A DNA stretch of 64,000 nucleotides from an uncultured Rikenellaceae bacterium (lineage in GTDB: Bacteria; Bacteroidota; Bacteroidia; Bacteroidales; VadinHA17): positions 6,039-70,038 of the forward strand of contig CAZQRQ010000007.1 of NCBI GenBank assembly GCA_964595725.1, in the 5' to 3' direction. The translations under genes and the position numbers were made by a program. Below are positions 37,784-47,428 of this stretch, in pieces (position 1 is the first letter of the stretch; each line of letters starts with the position of its first letter). The notes beneath the pieces were generated by a model that saw nothing but the letters and a program-made list of their open reading frames with translations, was not told the origin of the DNA and ran no database searches.

Positions 37784-38731
37784 ATGAATACCTCCAGAAG
37801 GAATTTCATAAAAAAAGCGACGGCATCAGGTGCAGCGATAATAACTGCGCCCGCTGTTTTCGGTTCTTCTGTCTCCATCAGGAAACAAAAGACCCAGGAT
37901 GCTGCTACTCCGTTTAAGCTTAAATATGCTCCCGGCCTGACCATGTTCAGGCAAAATGCAGGTGATGACTTTGTGGATAATATTAAGTTCTGCCACGACC
38001 AGGGTTTCAGGGCAATATTTGACAACGGCCTTCCCAACAGGTCGCCCGAAGACCAGGAGAGAATTGCCGCTGAGGTGCAGAGGCTTGGTATGGATATGGG
38101 TCCCTTTGTTCTGAGAGGTGACCCGGGAATACCCGACTTCGTTCTTAACAAAAAGGACGTACGCGAAATGCTTATCGGAGTGATGAAATCGGCTGTCGAG
38201 GTTTCTAAGCGGACCGGCGTAAAACAGGCCCTGATAGTACTTGGGAGATATGATGATAAGCTCCATATTGATTTCCAGACTGCCAACGCGATCGATAACC
38301 TCAGGGCTTGCTGTGATGTACTTGAACCCGAAGGTATACAGCTTGTCCTTGAATCATTGAACAACCTTATAAATCATCCTGGCCTGTTTCTAACCAGGAT
38401 TCCGCAGGCTTATATGATCTGCAGGGCAGTTAACAGGCCATCATGCAAGGTACTCGACGATCTTTACCACCAGCAGATCACCGAGGGTAATCTTATCCCG
38501 AACATTGATGCGGTCTGGAGTGAGCTGGGGGCTTTCCACTGCGGGGATCACCCTGGCAGGAATGAGCCAGGGACAGGTGAGATAAACTTCAAAAACGTCT
38601 TCAGGCATATTTACGAAAAGGGATATGACGGTACTATATGCATGGAGCATGGAATAAGCCTGAGAGGCACGAAAGAGGGTGAACTTAAGGTGATCCAGGC
38701 TTACCGCGATGCCGACAGCTTTGATGTATAA
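37784..38731 (+). CDS. Xylose-isomerase-like TIM-barrel protein (sugar phosphate isomerase/epimerase or hydroxypyruvate-isomerase-like) with a TAT signal
   Basis: 315 aa. The leader is SRRNFIKKATASGAAIITAPAVFG. Conserved segments are LVLESLN and CMEHG. Confidence 0.65.
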   Translation: MNTSRRNFIKKATASGAAIITAPAVFGSSVSIRKQKTQDAATPFKLKYAPGLTMFRQNAGDDFVDNIKFCHDQGFRAIFDNGLPNRSPEDQERIAAEVQRLGMDMGPFVLRGDPGIPDFVLNKKDVREMLIGVMKSAVEVSKRTGVKQALIVLGRYDDKLHIDFQTANAIDNLRACCDVLEPEGIQLVLESLNNLINHPGLFLTRIPQAYMICRAVNRPSCKVLDDLYHQQITEGNLIPNIDAVWSELGAFHCGDHPGRNEPGTGEINFKNVFRHIYEKGYDGTICMEHGISLRGTKEGELKVIQAYRDADSFDV

Positions 38732-39842
38732 AAGGATATTAAAGTCAGTTGTCTTATCAGCGTTGGTGCCAGTAATGCTTACAGGTTGTTCTGAGAATCC
38801 CTTATTCTTCGCCGGAAGGTACACCGGGAGCGGGGACCCATCGGGCCTGTACCTTTTTGAGATGAACAGGCGTAATGGTGATATCCGGCATGTGAGGGAA
38901 TTCAACGCAGGGCCGAATCCTTCGTTTTTCTGTTTGAACAGGGAGAGGAAGATCATCTACCTTATAAATGAAGTTAATGAGTACAGAGGAGAAAAGGGAG
39001 GCGGGCTTTCCACTTTCATCTATAATCCCGGGAGAGGCAATGTCGTTTTAGCTGGTGAGATGCTTATTCCTTTCGGCGGCCCGTGTTATGTGTCCCTTAC
39101 TCCTGATGAGGATTATCTTCTGATAGCGAACTATCAGAATGCATCAGTACTTGCAGTGAGACTAGATGAAGAAAAAATACCTGAAGTCGTTTCGGATACT
39201 GTTTTATACCAGCCCGGCGACAGCACCCTTTCTCATGCCCATATGATCAGCTATGATCCCCGGGGTGAATTCATATACGTAACAGATTTGGGGACGGACA
39301 AGATACTTACCTATTATTTTAACAGGGATTCAGCCAGATTTGACCTTATAAATAACGGAATAGCATATTTACCGGATAAATCAGGTCCGAGGCATTTTGT
39401 TTTTAATGCCGAAGGCACAAGGATGTATGTAATTAATGAACTGGCATCGACATTGTCTGTTTTCAGCAGGGAGGAAAACGGAGAGCTCAGGTTACTTCAG
39501 ACCTGCAGCACATTGCCTGATAACTATAAAGGAACCAGCTATTGCGCGGAAATATGTATCAGCAATGACGGCAGATTTATCTACGGATCGAACCGGGGCC
39601 ATAACTCAATTGTTATATTCAGTATCGGTGATGATGGCCAGCTGACCCCGTCCGGAATTGTTTCGTGTGGTGGAGAATGGCCCAGATATTTTACCCTGGA
39701 TCCTTCGGGGAATTATCTCCTTGTCGGAAACCAGGAATCAGGCGATATATCAGTATTCAGGGTAAACAGAAGGACAGGCATGCTAAAAGGCCCAATATCA
39801 CGAGAGAATATTCCTGATGTTGCATGCATTGCTTTCCTGTGA
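38724..39842 (+). CDS. Lactonase, 7-bladed beta-propeller family lipoprotein
   Basis: The start ATG 38724 overlaps the upstream stop (ATGTATAA) and gives lipobox VMLTGCS. Repeated ...Y(V/L)..N..S..(I/L)(S/A)VF blades are present (ASVLAVRL, LSVFSRE, IVIFSIG, ISVFRVN). Confidence 0.7.
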   Translation: MYKRILKSVVLSALVPVMLTGCSENPLFFAGRYTGSGDPSGLYLFEMNRRNGDIRHVREFNAGPNPSFFCLNRERKIIYLINEVNEYRGEKGGGLSTFIYNPGRGNVVLAGEMLIPFGGPCYVSLTPDEDYLLIANYQNASVLAVRLDEEKIPEVVSDTVLYQPGDSTLSHAHMISYDPRGEFIYVTDLGTDKILTYYFNRDSARFDLINNGIAYLPDKSGPRHFVFNAEGTRMYVINELASTLSVFSREENGELRLLQTCSTLPDNYKGTSYCAEICISNDGRFIYGSNRGHNSIVIFSIGDDGQLTPSGIVSCGGEWPRYFTLDPSGNYLLVGNQESGDISVFRVNRRTGMLKGPISRENIPDVACIAFL

Positions 39843-39929
39843 AGATATAGTTGGTTAGAGGTTTAAAAAAGTATCAGGATTTAAAATCATTCAGTTGAGT
39901 TATATTTGAAAAAAAATAGGAAAGGAAAT

Positions 39930-41174
39930 ATGAAGCTTACACTTTTCGATGAAAATAGAAGACTTAGGTTCATTATCGGTATTGTGCTGGTTGGTGTCAT
40001 ACTTTTAGTTAGTTTTTTGACGGTAGGCAATAAGCCTTACAGGAATTATGTTGTTATGGTTTCTTTTGATGCATTCAGGTGGGATTATGACAGTGTCTAC
40101 CAGACTCCTTACATGGATAGACTTGCCGAGCAAGGAGTTATGGCTGAGAAGTTAATATCCTGTTTTCCATCAAATACATTCCCAAATCACTATGCTATAG
40201 CAACAGGACTATATCCTGATCATCACGGTATTGTCAATAACAGTTTTTATGCTCCGGATCTTGGACTTTCATACAGGATAAGCGACAGGGAGGCGGTCGG
40301 GAATCCCGACTTTTACAAAGGGGAACCAGTTTGGGTGACAGCAATGAAACAGGGGAAAATTGCAGCTTCTTTTTTCTGGGTTGGATCGGAAGCTCCTGTT
40401 TCAGGGATGCACCCGACATACTGGAAGATTTACGATGAAAATATCACATACAGCGAGAGAATAGATACAGTCATCAAATGGCTTAAGTATCCAAGAGGCA
40501 GAAGGCCTCAGCTTGTAACTCTTTATTTTGATGAACCGGATGCAACAAGCCATGACTTTGGCCCGGTATCACCTGAAACGGGAAAGGTGGTTACCAGGCT
40601 CGACAGCCTGCTGGGGGTAATCCGGGACAAGCTTTCATCTCTTCCATACGGGAAAAGGATTAATCTGATCCTGCTTTCCGATCATGGCATGTCGCAGGTA
40701 TCATCAAAGAGATATAATAACATTCGTGATATCATTCCTGAAAGAATGATAAGTTCCATCAATGGGGGTAATCCTGTATATATGATCGACCCCTCCAAAG
40801 GAAAGGCTGACAGTATAGTCCTGCTTATCAATAAAACTGTCGGAGTGAAAGCCTGGAAGAAAGAAAATCTGCCATCTGAATGGCATTACGGAACAAATCC
40901 CAGGATTGCTGAAATTATAGCTGTGGCAGACAGCGGCTGGTATCTGGGTATGCGTCCGAACACAAGAGAATTTACTGGAGGTGCTCATGGTTATGACAAC
41001 ATGAACAGCGACATGGCAGGGATCTTCTACGCGAGTGGACCTGCATTTAGGAGGGGATATTCCGTGCACAGGCTAAACAATATTGACATATATAACCTTG
41101 TTTGCAGGATACTGGATCTTGAACCTGCCAGGAATGACGGCGATCCATCTCATATTACTGAACTTTTAAAATAA
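39930..41174 (+). CDS. Ectonucleotide pyrophosphatase/phosphodiesterase (alkaline-phosphatase superfamily)
   Basis: Motifs are VSFDAFRWDY, FPSNTFPNHYAIATGLYPDHHGIV, YFDEPDATSHDFGP, LSDHGM and GAHGYDN. Confidence 0.8.
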   Translation: MKLTLFDENRRLRFIIGIVLVGVILLVSFLTVGNKPYRNYVVMVSFDAFRWDYDSVYQTPYMDRLAEQGVMAEKLISCFPSNTFPNHYAIATGLYPDHHGIVNNSFYAPDLGLSYRISDREAVGNPDFYKGEPVWVTAMKQGKIAASFFWVGSEAPVSGMHPTYWKIYDENITYSERIDTVIKWLKYPRGRRPQLVTLYFDEPDATSHDFGPVSPETGKVVTRLDSLLGVIRDKLSSLPYGKRINLILLSDHGMSQVSSKRYNNIRDIIPERMISSINGGNPVYMIDPSKGKADSIVLLINKTVGVKAWKKENLPSEWHYGTNPRIAEIIAVADSGWYLGMRPNTREFTGGAHGYDNMNSDMAGIFYASGPAFRRGYSVHRLNNIDIYNLVCRILDLEPARNDGDPSHITELLK

Positions 41175-41243
41175 AATAGTAAGGCACGGTTCATAGTTTC
41201 TCACGGATTTTCAGTAATATTATTATTCCAATATCTTTCCAGC

Positions 41244-42803
41244 ATGAAGCGTGAAAATCTTATCAGCGAACTGAAAGGTCAACCGGAGCCGGGATGGGAA
41301 GTTATCATAATAGGTGGTGGTGCTACAGGTCTTGGAATCGCGTTGGATTCTGTGACAAGAGGATATAAAACACTTTTGCTTGAGAAAGTTGACTTTTCAC
41401 AGGGAACGTCTTCGAGGAGCACTAAACTTGTCCATGGCGGAGTGCGATATCTTGCGCAGGGTGATATCTTACTCGTAATTGAAGCTCTCAGGGAACGTGG
41501 AAGGATACTAAGAAACGCTCCTCATATAACTTCTGACCAGGAGTTTATAATACCTCTTTACAGTTTATTCAATGTTTTCCTGTATTATTTTGGATTGAAA
41601 TTCTACGATATCCTGTCCGGAAGGCTCAGCCTGGGTAAGTCATATTATATTTCGAAGGAAGAAGTAGCCGGAAGGTTGCCATTAATAAATAAGGCAGGTC
41701 TTAAAGGTGGAATTGTATATCACGATGGCCAGTTTGATGATTCGCGAATGGCAATTTCTATTGCGGCAGAATATATCAGCAGAGGAGGTATTGCACTAAA
41801 TTATTTTCCGGTCAAAGAGCTTCTTAAGGATGGGAATGGAAATATATCCGGGGTTGTAGCTGTCGATACCCAATCCGGCATAAGGTATGAATTAAGAAGC
41901 AGGCTGGTAATAAATGCAACCGGAGTGTTTGCTGACGAGATACTGAAGCTTGATGATCCGGATTCAGAAAATATAATAAGGCCTAGCCAGGGTGTTCATA
42001 TCGTACTCGATAAGAAATTTCTGCAGGGTGATTCAGCAATAATGATTCCAAAGACTGACGACGGCAGGGTGCTTTTTGCTATCCCCTGGTACAACAGGGT
42101 TGTCGTCGGGACAACAGATACACCCCTTGATGAGATCTCATCTGAACCTACTGCTCTCTATGAGGAAATCGATTTTATCCTTTCCACGGCAGGTAAATAC
42201 CTCTCAGTGCAGCCTGTCCGATCTGATATCCTGTCGGTATTTGCCGGGCTGCGCCCGCTCGCTTCTGATCCCGGCAATCCCGATTCAACAAAGGAGATAT
42301 CAAGAAGACATAAGATCCTTCTCTCTTCTTCCGGTTTGCTGTCGATAACTGGAGGTAAGTGGACAACATACAGGATGATGGCTGAAGAAACCCTCAACAA
42401 AGCTATTAAAGCCGGAATTTTACGCAAGTCAGCTTGTATAACGAAAGAATTGGTCATTGATCATAAACCGGATAACCTTCTAAAAGGCCATCTGTCAGCA
42501 TATGGCGCAAAAGCTCAGGAGATCATTGGGTTAATGAGTGAGAACCCCGGTCTGGGTTCTACACTTTGCCCATCGTTGCCATATACAAGAGCTGAAATAG
42601 TATGGATATGCAGAAACGAAATGCCTGTAAATATTGATGATATACTGGCCAGAAGAACCAGGGCACTATTTCTCGATGCCAAAGCGAGTATGAAAGTGTC
42701 GGGTGAAGTGGCTGAGATAATGGCCAGGGAAATGGGGCGGGATGAAAACTGGCAGAAGGAACAGGTTGATTCATTCCATAGATTAGCGGGTAATTATTTG
42801 TAA
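41244..42803 (+). CDS. glpD: FAD-dependent glycerol-3-phosphate dehydrogenase
   Basis: 519 aa. The FAD motif is VIIIGGGATGLGIALD, followed by KLVHGGVRYL. It lies upstream of glpK and glpF. Confidence 0.85.
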   Translation: MKRENLISELKGQPEPGWEVIIIGGGATGLGIALDSVTRGYKTLLLEKVDFSQGTSSRSTKLVHGGVRYLAQGDILLVIEALRERGRILRNAPHITSDQEFIIPLYSLFNVFLYYFGLKFYDILSGRLSLGKSYYISKEEVAGRLPLINKAGLKGGIVYHDGQFDDSRMAISIAAEYISRGGIALNYFPVKELLKDGNGNISGVVAVDTQSGIRYELRSRLVINATGVFADEILKLDDPDSENIIRPSQGVHIVLDKKFLQGDSAIMIPKTDDGRVLFAIPWYNRVVVGTTDTPLDEISSEPTALYEEIDFILSTAGKYLSVQPVRSDILSVFAGLRPLASDPGNPDSTKEISRRHKILLSSSGLLSITGGKWTTYRMMAEETLNKAIKAGILRKSACITKELVIDHKPDNLLKGHLSAYGAKAQEIIGLMSENPGLGSTLCPSLPYTRAEIVWICRNEMPVNIDDILARRTRALFLDAKASMKVSGEVAEIMAREMGRDENWQKEQVDSFHRLAGNYL

Positions 42804-42831
42804 ATTGTAATAAATCAATATTAGGCGGCTT

Positions 42832-44334
42832 ATGACAAAGTACATTCTGGCTCTTGACCAGGGCACCACGAGTTCAAGGGCTATAATATTCGATTATACA
42901 GGGATGCCTGTTGCTACTGCTCAGAAAGAATTCAGGCAGTTATTCCCTGAGCCGGGATGGGTAGAGCACGATCCCGAGGAGATATGGTCGTCGCAATCGG
43001 AAGTCGCAATTAAATCGCTTTCTGATTCCGGGATCAGGATAGATGAAATTGCAGCACTTGGGATTACAAATCAGCGGGAAACGACACTTGTCTGGGACAG
43101 GAGGACGGGCAAGCCGGTTTATAATGCCATTGTATGGCAGGACCGACGAACTTCTGAATATTGCGACAGGTTAAACTCAAAGGGATATGGGGAGATAGTA
43201 CAACGAAAAACAGGTTTGATTATCGATGCGTATTTTTCTGCCACTAAAATAAGATGGATCCTTGATAATGTGGAGGGAGCCGGCGAATTGGCAGAAAAAG
43301 GGAACCTTGCCTTCGGTACTGTTGATTCCTGGCTAATATGGAAACTTACCGGGGGGAAGCTGCATGTAACGGATGTTACAAACGCATCGAGAACGATGCT
43401 ATTCAATATTAACACCCTCGAGTGGGACGATGATCTTATTGAGCTTTTTGAAATACCACGATCAGTGTTGCCCGAGGTCAGGTCATCCAGTGAAGTCTAT
43501 GGAGAAACAAGCGAATGTTTCTCATCACCTGTAAAAATTGCAGGTATAGCAGGAGATCAGCAGGCTGCTCTTTTCGGTCAGATGTGTGTCGAGCCGGGCA
43601 TGGTAAAAAACACTTACGGCACCGGCTGCTTCATGGTCATGAATGTGGGTAAGGAGCCGATACGCTCCAATAACCAGCTGTTAACAACAATCGCATGGCA
43701 GATAAATGATACAGTTCATTATGCAATTGAAGGAAGTATATTCATCGCAGGGGCTGTTGTTCAATGGCTTCGCGATGGGTTGGGTGTTATCAGGGAGTCA
43801 GGAGAGATTGAGAAGCTGGCCTCAGAGGTAAATGATTCAGACGGTGTATATTTTGTACCTGCCTTTGCCGGTCTTGGTGCTCCGCACTGGATTCAACATG
43901 CCAGGGGAACCATTGTCGGGATAACACGTGGAACAACGTCAGCAAACATAGCCAGGGCTGCCCTCGACAGCATCGCCTTTCAGACTTATGATGTGCTCCG
44001 TGGCATGCAGGAAGACGCAAAACTGGCTATCAGTGAACTCAGGGTCGATGGCGGTGCAACCGTAAATAATAAACTGATGCAGTTTCAGGCCGACCTGCTT
44101 CAGGCAAGCGTTGTGAGACCTAAGATAACCGAAACAACCGCGCTTGGAGCTGCATACCTGGCAGGACTGGCTGTTAAGTTCTGGAACTCCCTGGAAGATA
44201 TCAGGGGCCAATGGCAGGTTGACAGGAGCTTTACTCCGGGATTGAATAACCAGCAGGTAATGGAGCTTGTCCAGGGTTGGCACAGGGCTGTCAGGACTGC
44301 AATAGCATGGGCTGATGACAGGGGAAGTGCTTAA
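42832..44334 (+). CDS. glpK: Glycerol kinase
   Basis: 500 aa. Motifs are [29 protein letters not shown] and [10 protein letters not shown]. Confidence 0.92.
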   Translation: MTKYILALDQGTTSSRAIIFDYTGMPVATAQKEFRQLFPEPGWVEHDPEEIWSSQSEVAIKSLSDSGIRIDEIAALGITNQRETTLVWDRRTGKPVYNAIVWQDRRTSEYCDRLNSKGYGEIVQRKTGLIIDAYFSATKIRWILDNVEGAGELAEKGNLAFGTVDSWLIWKLTGGKLHVTDVTNASRTMLFNINTLEWDDDLIELFEIPRSVLPEVRSSSEVYGETSECFSSPVKIAGIAGDQQAALFGQMCVEPGMVKNTYGTGCFMVMNVGKEPIRSNNQLLTTIAWQINDTVHYAIEGSIFIAGAVVQWLRDGLGVIRESGEIEKLASEVNDSDGVYFVPAFAGLGAPHWIQHARGTIVGITRGTTSANIARAALDSIAFQTYDVLRGMQEDAKLAISELRVDGGATVNNKLMQFQADLLQASVVRPKITETTALGAAYLAGLAVKFWNSLEDIRGQWQVDRSFTPGLNNQQVMELVQGWHRAVRTAIAWADDRGSA

Positions 44335-44365
44335 AGTGCCTAAAGTACTTAGAGTACCTAGAGTT
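44325..44365. repeat. Degenerate 9-bp tandem repeat (about 4.5 units) spanning the glpK stop codon
   Basis: AAGTGCTTA AAGTGCCTA AAGTACTTA GAGTACCTA GAGTT. Confidence 0.6.
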
Positions 44366-44457
44366 GTTTTTCTGTTGTCTTAACTTTGGCTCACTCCCTG
44401 TCTGACGACAGGCAGACAAACTTCTAAATCATATGATAACAACTTAATAATCAAACT

Positions 44458-45168
44458 ATGAACGCATTCTTTGCTGAGTTTTTCGGGACAGCCATGATCC
44501 TTGTCTTCGGAAGCGGCGTTGTTGCTAATGTCGTACTAGACAAAACAAAGGGGAATAACAGCGGATGGGTAGTGATCTCCTTCGGATGGGCCATAGGGGT
44601 TTTTACCGGTGTCCTGATTGCCGCAACCTACAGTGGAGCTCATCTCAACCCTGCTGTCACCCTGGCTCTTGTACTGGCGCATAAGTTCTCACCTTCCCTG
44701 ATGCCTCTTTACATACTTGCACAGATCCTTGGAGCGATGTTTGGATCGGGCCTTGCCTGGCTTGCATACAAGAAGCATTTTGATGCAACTGATAATCCTG
44801 ACCTCAAGCTAGCGGTTTTCTGTACGGCTCCGAATATCAGAAGCTACTGGTATAATGTAATAACAGAGGTTGTCGGCACTTATATTCTTGCCCTGGCCGT
44901 TTTATACATGGCTGCCCCTGACGTAGGACTCGGCGCACTGAATGCACTGCCCGTAGCGCTGGTTGTCCTTGGAATAGGGTTATCACTTGGCGGTCCTACG
45001 GGTTACGCTATCAATCCCGCCCGTGACCTTGGTCCCAGGATACTGCACTTTTTACTTCCGATCAGGGGTAAGCGCGATTCGGACTGGAAGTATTCATGGG
45101 TGCCGGTACTGGGTCCAATGGCAGGCGCAGCACTTGCAGCATTAATGTACCTTCTTTTTGCAGGTTAG
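44458..45168 (+). CDS. glpF: MIP-family glycerol uptake facilitator (aquaglyceroporin)
   Basis: 236 aa with two NPA boxes (HLNPAVT, INPARD). Confidence 0.9.
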   Translation: MNAFFAEFFGTAMILVFGSGVVANVVLDKTKGNNSGWVVISFGWAIGVFTGVLIAATYSGAHLNPAVTLALVLAHKFSPSLMPLYILAQILGAMFGSGLAWLAYKKHFDATDNPDLKLAVFCTAPNIRSYWYNVITEVVGTYILALAVLYMAAPDVGLGALNALPVALVVLGIGLSLGGPTGYAINPARDLGPRILHFLLPIRGKRDSDWKYSWVPVLGPMAGAALAALMYLLFAG

Positions 45169-45175
45169 AAAATCG

Positions 45176-46495
45176 TCAGGTTTTCTCCTGATGATCCGGG
45201 GCAGGATCTTCTTGCAGCTTGGTCTGCCTGATGGTGAGGATCAGTATTCCCATCAGAAGGAGTGCTGCGCCCAGTATCCAGAGCGACATTTCAATGCTGC
45301 CTGTTCTGTCGCTGATTACCCCTACCATTGTAGGTCCTACAAATCCCCCGAGGTTGCCAACTGAGTTGATAAGTGCTATACCCCCGGCTGCTGCTGTTCC
45401 GCTAAGGAAGGTCGTTGAAAGAGCCCAGAAAGGTCCCATCGCGGATTTTAATCCCATCAGAGCAGCCATCAGGGCCAGCAAAGCCAGGTAGGGATTCTGC
45501 AGGTACGCACTTAAACCGAAACCTGCAGCAGCAGCAAATGCCGCAACCGCAACATGCCATCGCCTTTCACCTGTTTTATCCGAATGGTAGCCAATGATCA
45601 GCATTGCCGCAATAGCAGCTACGTATGGTATTCCATTTATTATTCCAACCATTGAGTAACTTAAGCCTGATAAATCTTTAATGATTGAGGGCAGCCACAT
45701 TTCGTAACCGTAGATACCGACTGTAAGCAGAAAATATATAAAGCATAAGAGCCATATTCTCCCACTGGTAAATGCTTCTGAAAGACGGAAATGAGCATGC
45801 CCCTTCGATTGTTTTGTCTCTTCATCGAGCCTGGACTGTATCCAGTCTTTTTCAGTGGACGAAAGCCATTTGGCTTTCCCGGGACGGTCGGGAAGCACGA
45901 AAATAACCACCACCCCCATTAATACAGCTGGTATGCCCTCAAGGAGGAACAGCCACTGCCATCCTTCAAGGCCTCCCAGCCCATGCAGATCGAGGATGGC
46001 ACCTGATAGAGGTGAACCAACAATTCCGGCAATAACGGTACCTGTTGCAAAAAGAGCCACGGTATGGGCCCTCTCTTTGTCGGGAAACCAGTATGTAAGA
46101 TATAGTATTACTCCCGGATAGAATCCCGCTTCGGCAATTCCGAGCAGAAAACGCACTACATAGAATGCCGTGGTACTTCTGATGAATAGCATCATAGCGG
46201 AAATAATACCCCAAACTATCATTATCCTTGCTATCCATATCCGTGCCCCGACCCGCTGCAAAATCAGGTTACTGGGCACTTCAAACAGGAAATACCCGAT
46301 AAAAAAAAGCCCCGCTCCCAGGCCATAGACACTGCCGAAGACACTTGCGTCAACACCCAGTACTTCCTGGAGCTGCAGCTTTGCAAAGCCTACATTTATA
46401 CGGTCTACATACGCTATTATATAACAGATAAATAGCAGGGGAATAAGGCGCCATGTTATTTTTGAATAAAGTTGACGGGATTGTTCAGGTGTCAT
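45176..46495 (-). CDS. MFS transporter (anion:cation symporter/ACS-like)
   Basis: 439 aa with 12 predicted TM segments. The N-terminal motif is YIIAYVDRINVGFAKL. Confidence 0.75.
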   Translation of the reverse strand: MTPEQSRQLYSKITWRLIPLLFICYIIAYVDRINVGFAKLQLQEVLGVDASVFGSVYGLGAGLFFIGYFLFEVPSNLILQRVGARIWIARIMIVWGIISAMMLFIRSTTAFYVVRFLLGIAEAGFYPGVILYLTYWFPDKERAHTVALFATGTVIAGIVGSPLSGAILDLHGLGGLEGWQWLFLLEGIPAVLMGVVVIFVLPDRPGKAKWLSSTEKDWIQSRLDEETKQSKGHAHFRLSEAFTSGRIWLLCFIYFLLTVGIYGYEMWLPSIIKDLSGLSYSMVGIINGIPYVAAIAAMLIIGYHSDKTGERRWHVAVAAFAAAAGFGLSAYLQNPYLALLALMAALMGLKSAMGPFWALSTTFLSGTAAAGGIALINSVGNLGGFVGPTMVGVISDRTGSIEMSLWILGAALLLMGILILTIRQTKLQEDPAPDHQEKT

Positions 46496-46502
46496 TTCTA
46501 TA

Positions 46503-47249
46503 TTAATAATTTACAGGTTCATTTCTGAAAAACGCTTTTCTGAAATCCCCCGTCTCCGGCAGGACCATTTTATAAACAGGTTTAATATCATACCCGATTT
46601 CAAGTGACCTGGCTGTGAATTCCATCAGATGACCGCCCATGCTGTGATCATCTGCAATAAAATGAAGGTGGAATCCTGCAGTATTAATGTCACCAATATA
46701 TGCGGGACACCAGAATCCGACAAGTGTTCCTTTAGTATTCCTGCCTTCATACTGGGGCCTGTCTGCAAGCATCTGGTCAAGGGGTTCATTATAAGGCTTC
46801 TCCTGACGGTCGGCGCCACCGCATCTAATATAATCGAATTCTCCGCGTATACGGAAAGCGTAGAACAGGTTCCTGGATGGAACATGTCTTTCAGCAAATG
46901 CCTTAAGTGCCGGGTAATTTATTTCACCTCTCATCAGTAACGTATCATCCTGGCGATAAAAAGTGACAATTGAATAAGGAATAAGGGAATCGTCATCCGC
47001 TTGCATTACCGTGCCATCCTGGGCAACCCTGTAAACAACATGATCCAGTACCACCATTTCCCCGTTCATCCTGTTGTATGTGCCCAGTCCGAAATCACCA
47101 TGCTGTTTAAGTTCCCCTACTTTCATATCGCCTTCGAGCACTCCGTTGTCGAGAGCTTTGAGGATTGAATAATGAAAGATCATATCCTCCTCATTTGATG
47201 AACACCCTGCCAGAAGCAAGGCAGCGATCAGGAATAATATCTTCTTCAT
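46503..47249 (-). CDS. Alpha-acetolactate decarboxylase-family lipoprotein
   Basis: 248 aa with lipobox ALLLAGCSS. ALDC motifs are HGDFGLGTYNRMNGEMVVLD, GFHLHFI and GGHL. Confidence 0.7.
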   Translation of the reverse strand: MKKILFLIAALLLAGCSSNEEDMIFHYSILKALDNGVLEGDMKVGELKQHGDFGLGTYNRMNGEMVVLDHVVYRVAQDGTVMQADDDSLIPYSIVTFYRQDDTLLMRGEINYPALKAFAERHVPSRNLFYAFRIRGEFDYIRCGGADRQEKPYNEPLDQMLADRPQYEGRNTKGTLVGFWCPAYIGDINTAGFHLHFIADDHSMGGHLMEFTARSLEIGYDIKPVYKMVLPETGDFRKAFFRNEPVNY

Positions 47250-47428
47250 TTTTCCCGGGAGTTTTGTTAAACATTTTTATTGGCTGTTTAAATGTACCAT
47301 AAAAATTAAAAAATGAGAAAGAAAGGACAAACCTATTAAGTCGTGCAATAAGACAAGCTGGTATATGGCATCAGTGAATAAAATGTTTAATTTTATAACA
47401 AACAGAATAACAGTTAATCCTGATTATC

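Noticed and set aside
36364-38364. Minus-strand ORFs 36364-36846, 36548-36961 and 37741-38364.
   Set aside because: They are antisense to the Gfo/Idh/MocA and TIM-barrel genes. Their Ala/Ser/Pro-rich composition is typical of shadow frames.
44325-44365. Considered whether the 9-bp tandem repeat could be a CRISPR-like or larger satellite array.
   Set aside because: The units are only 9 bp, directly adjacent with no spacers, and number fewer than 5. No CRISPR array exists anywhere in the window.
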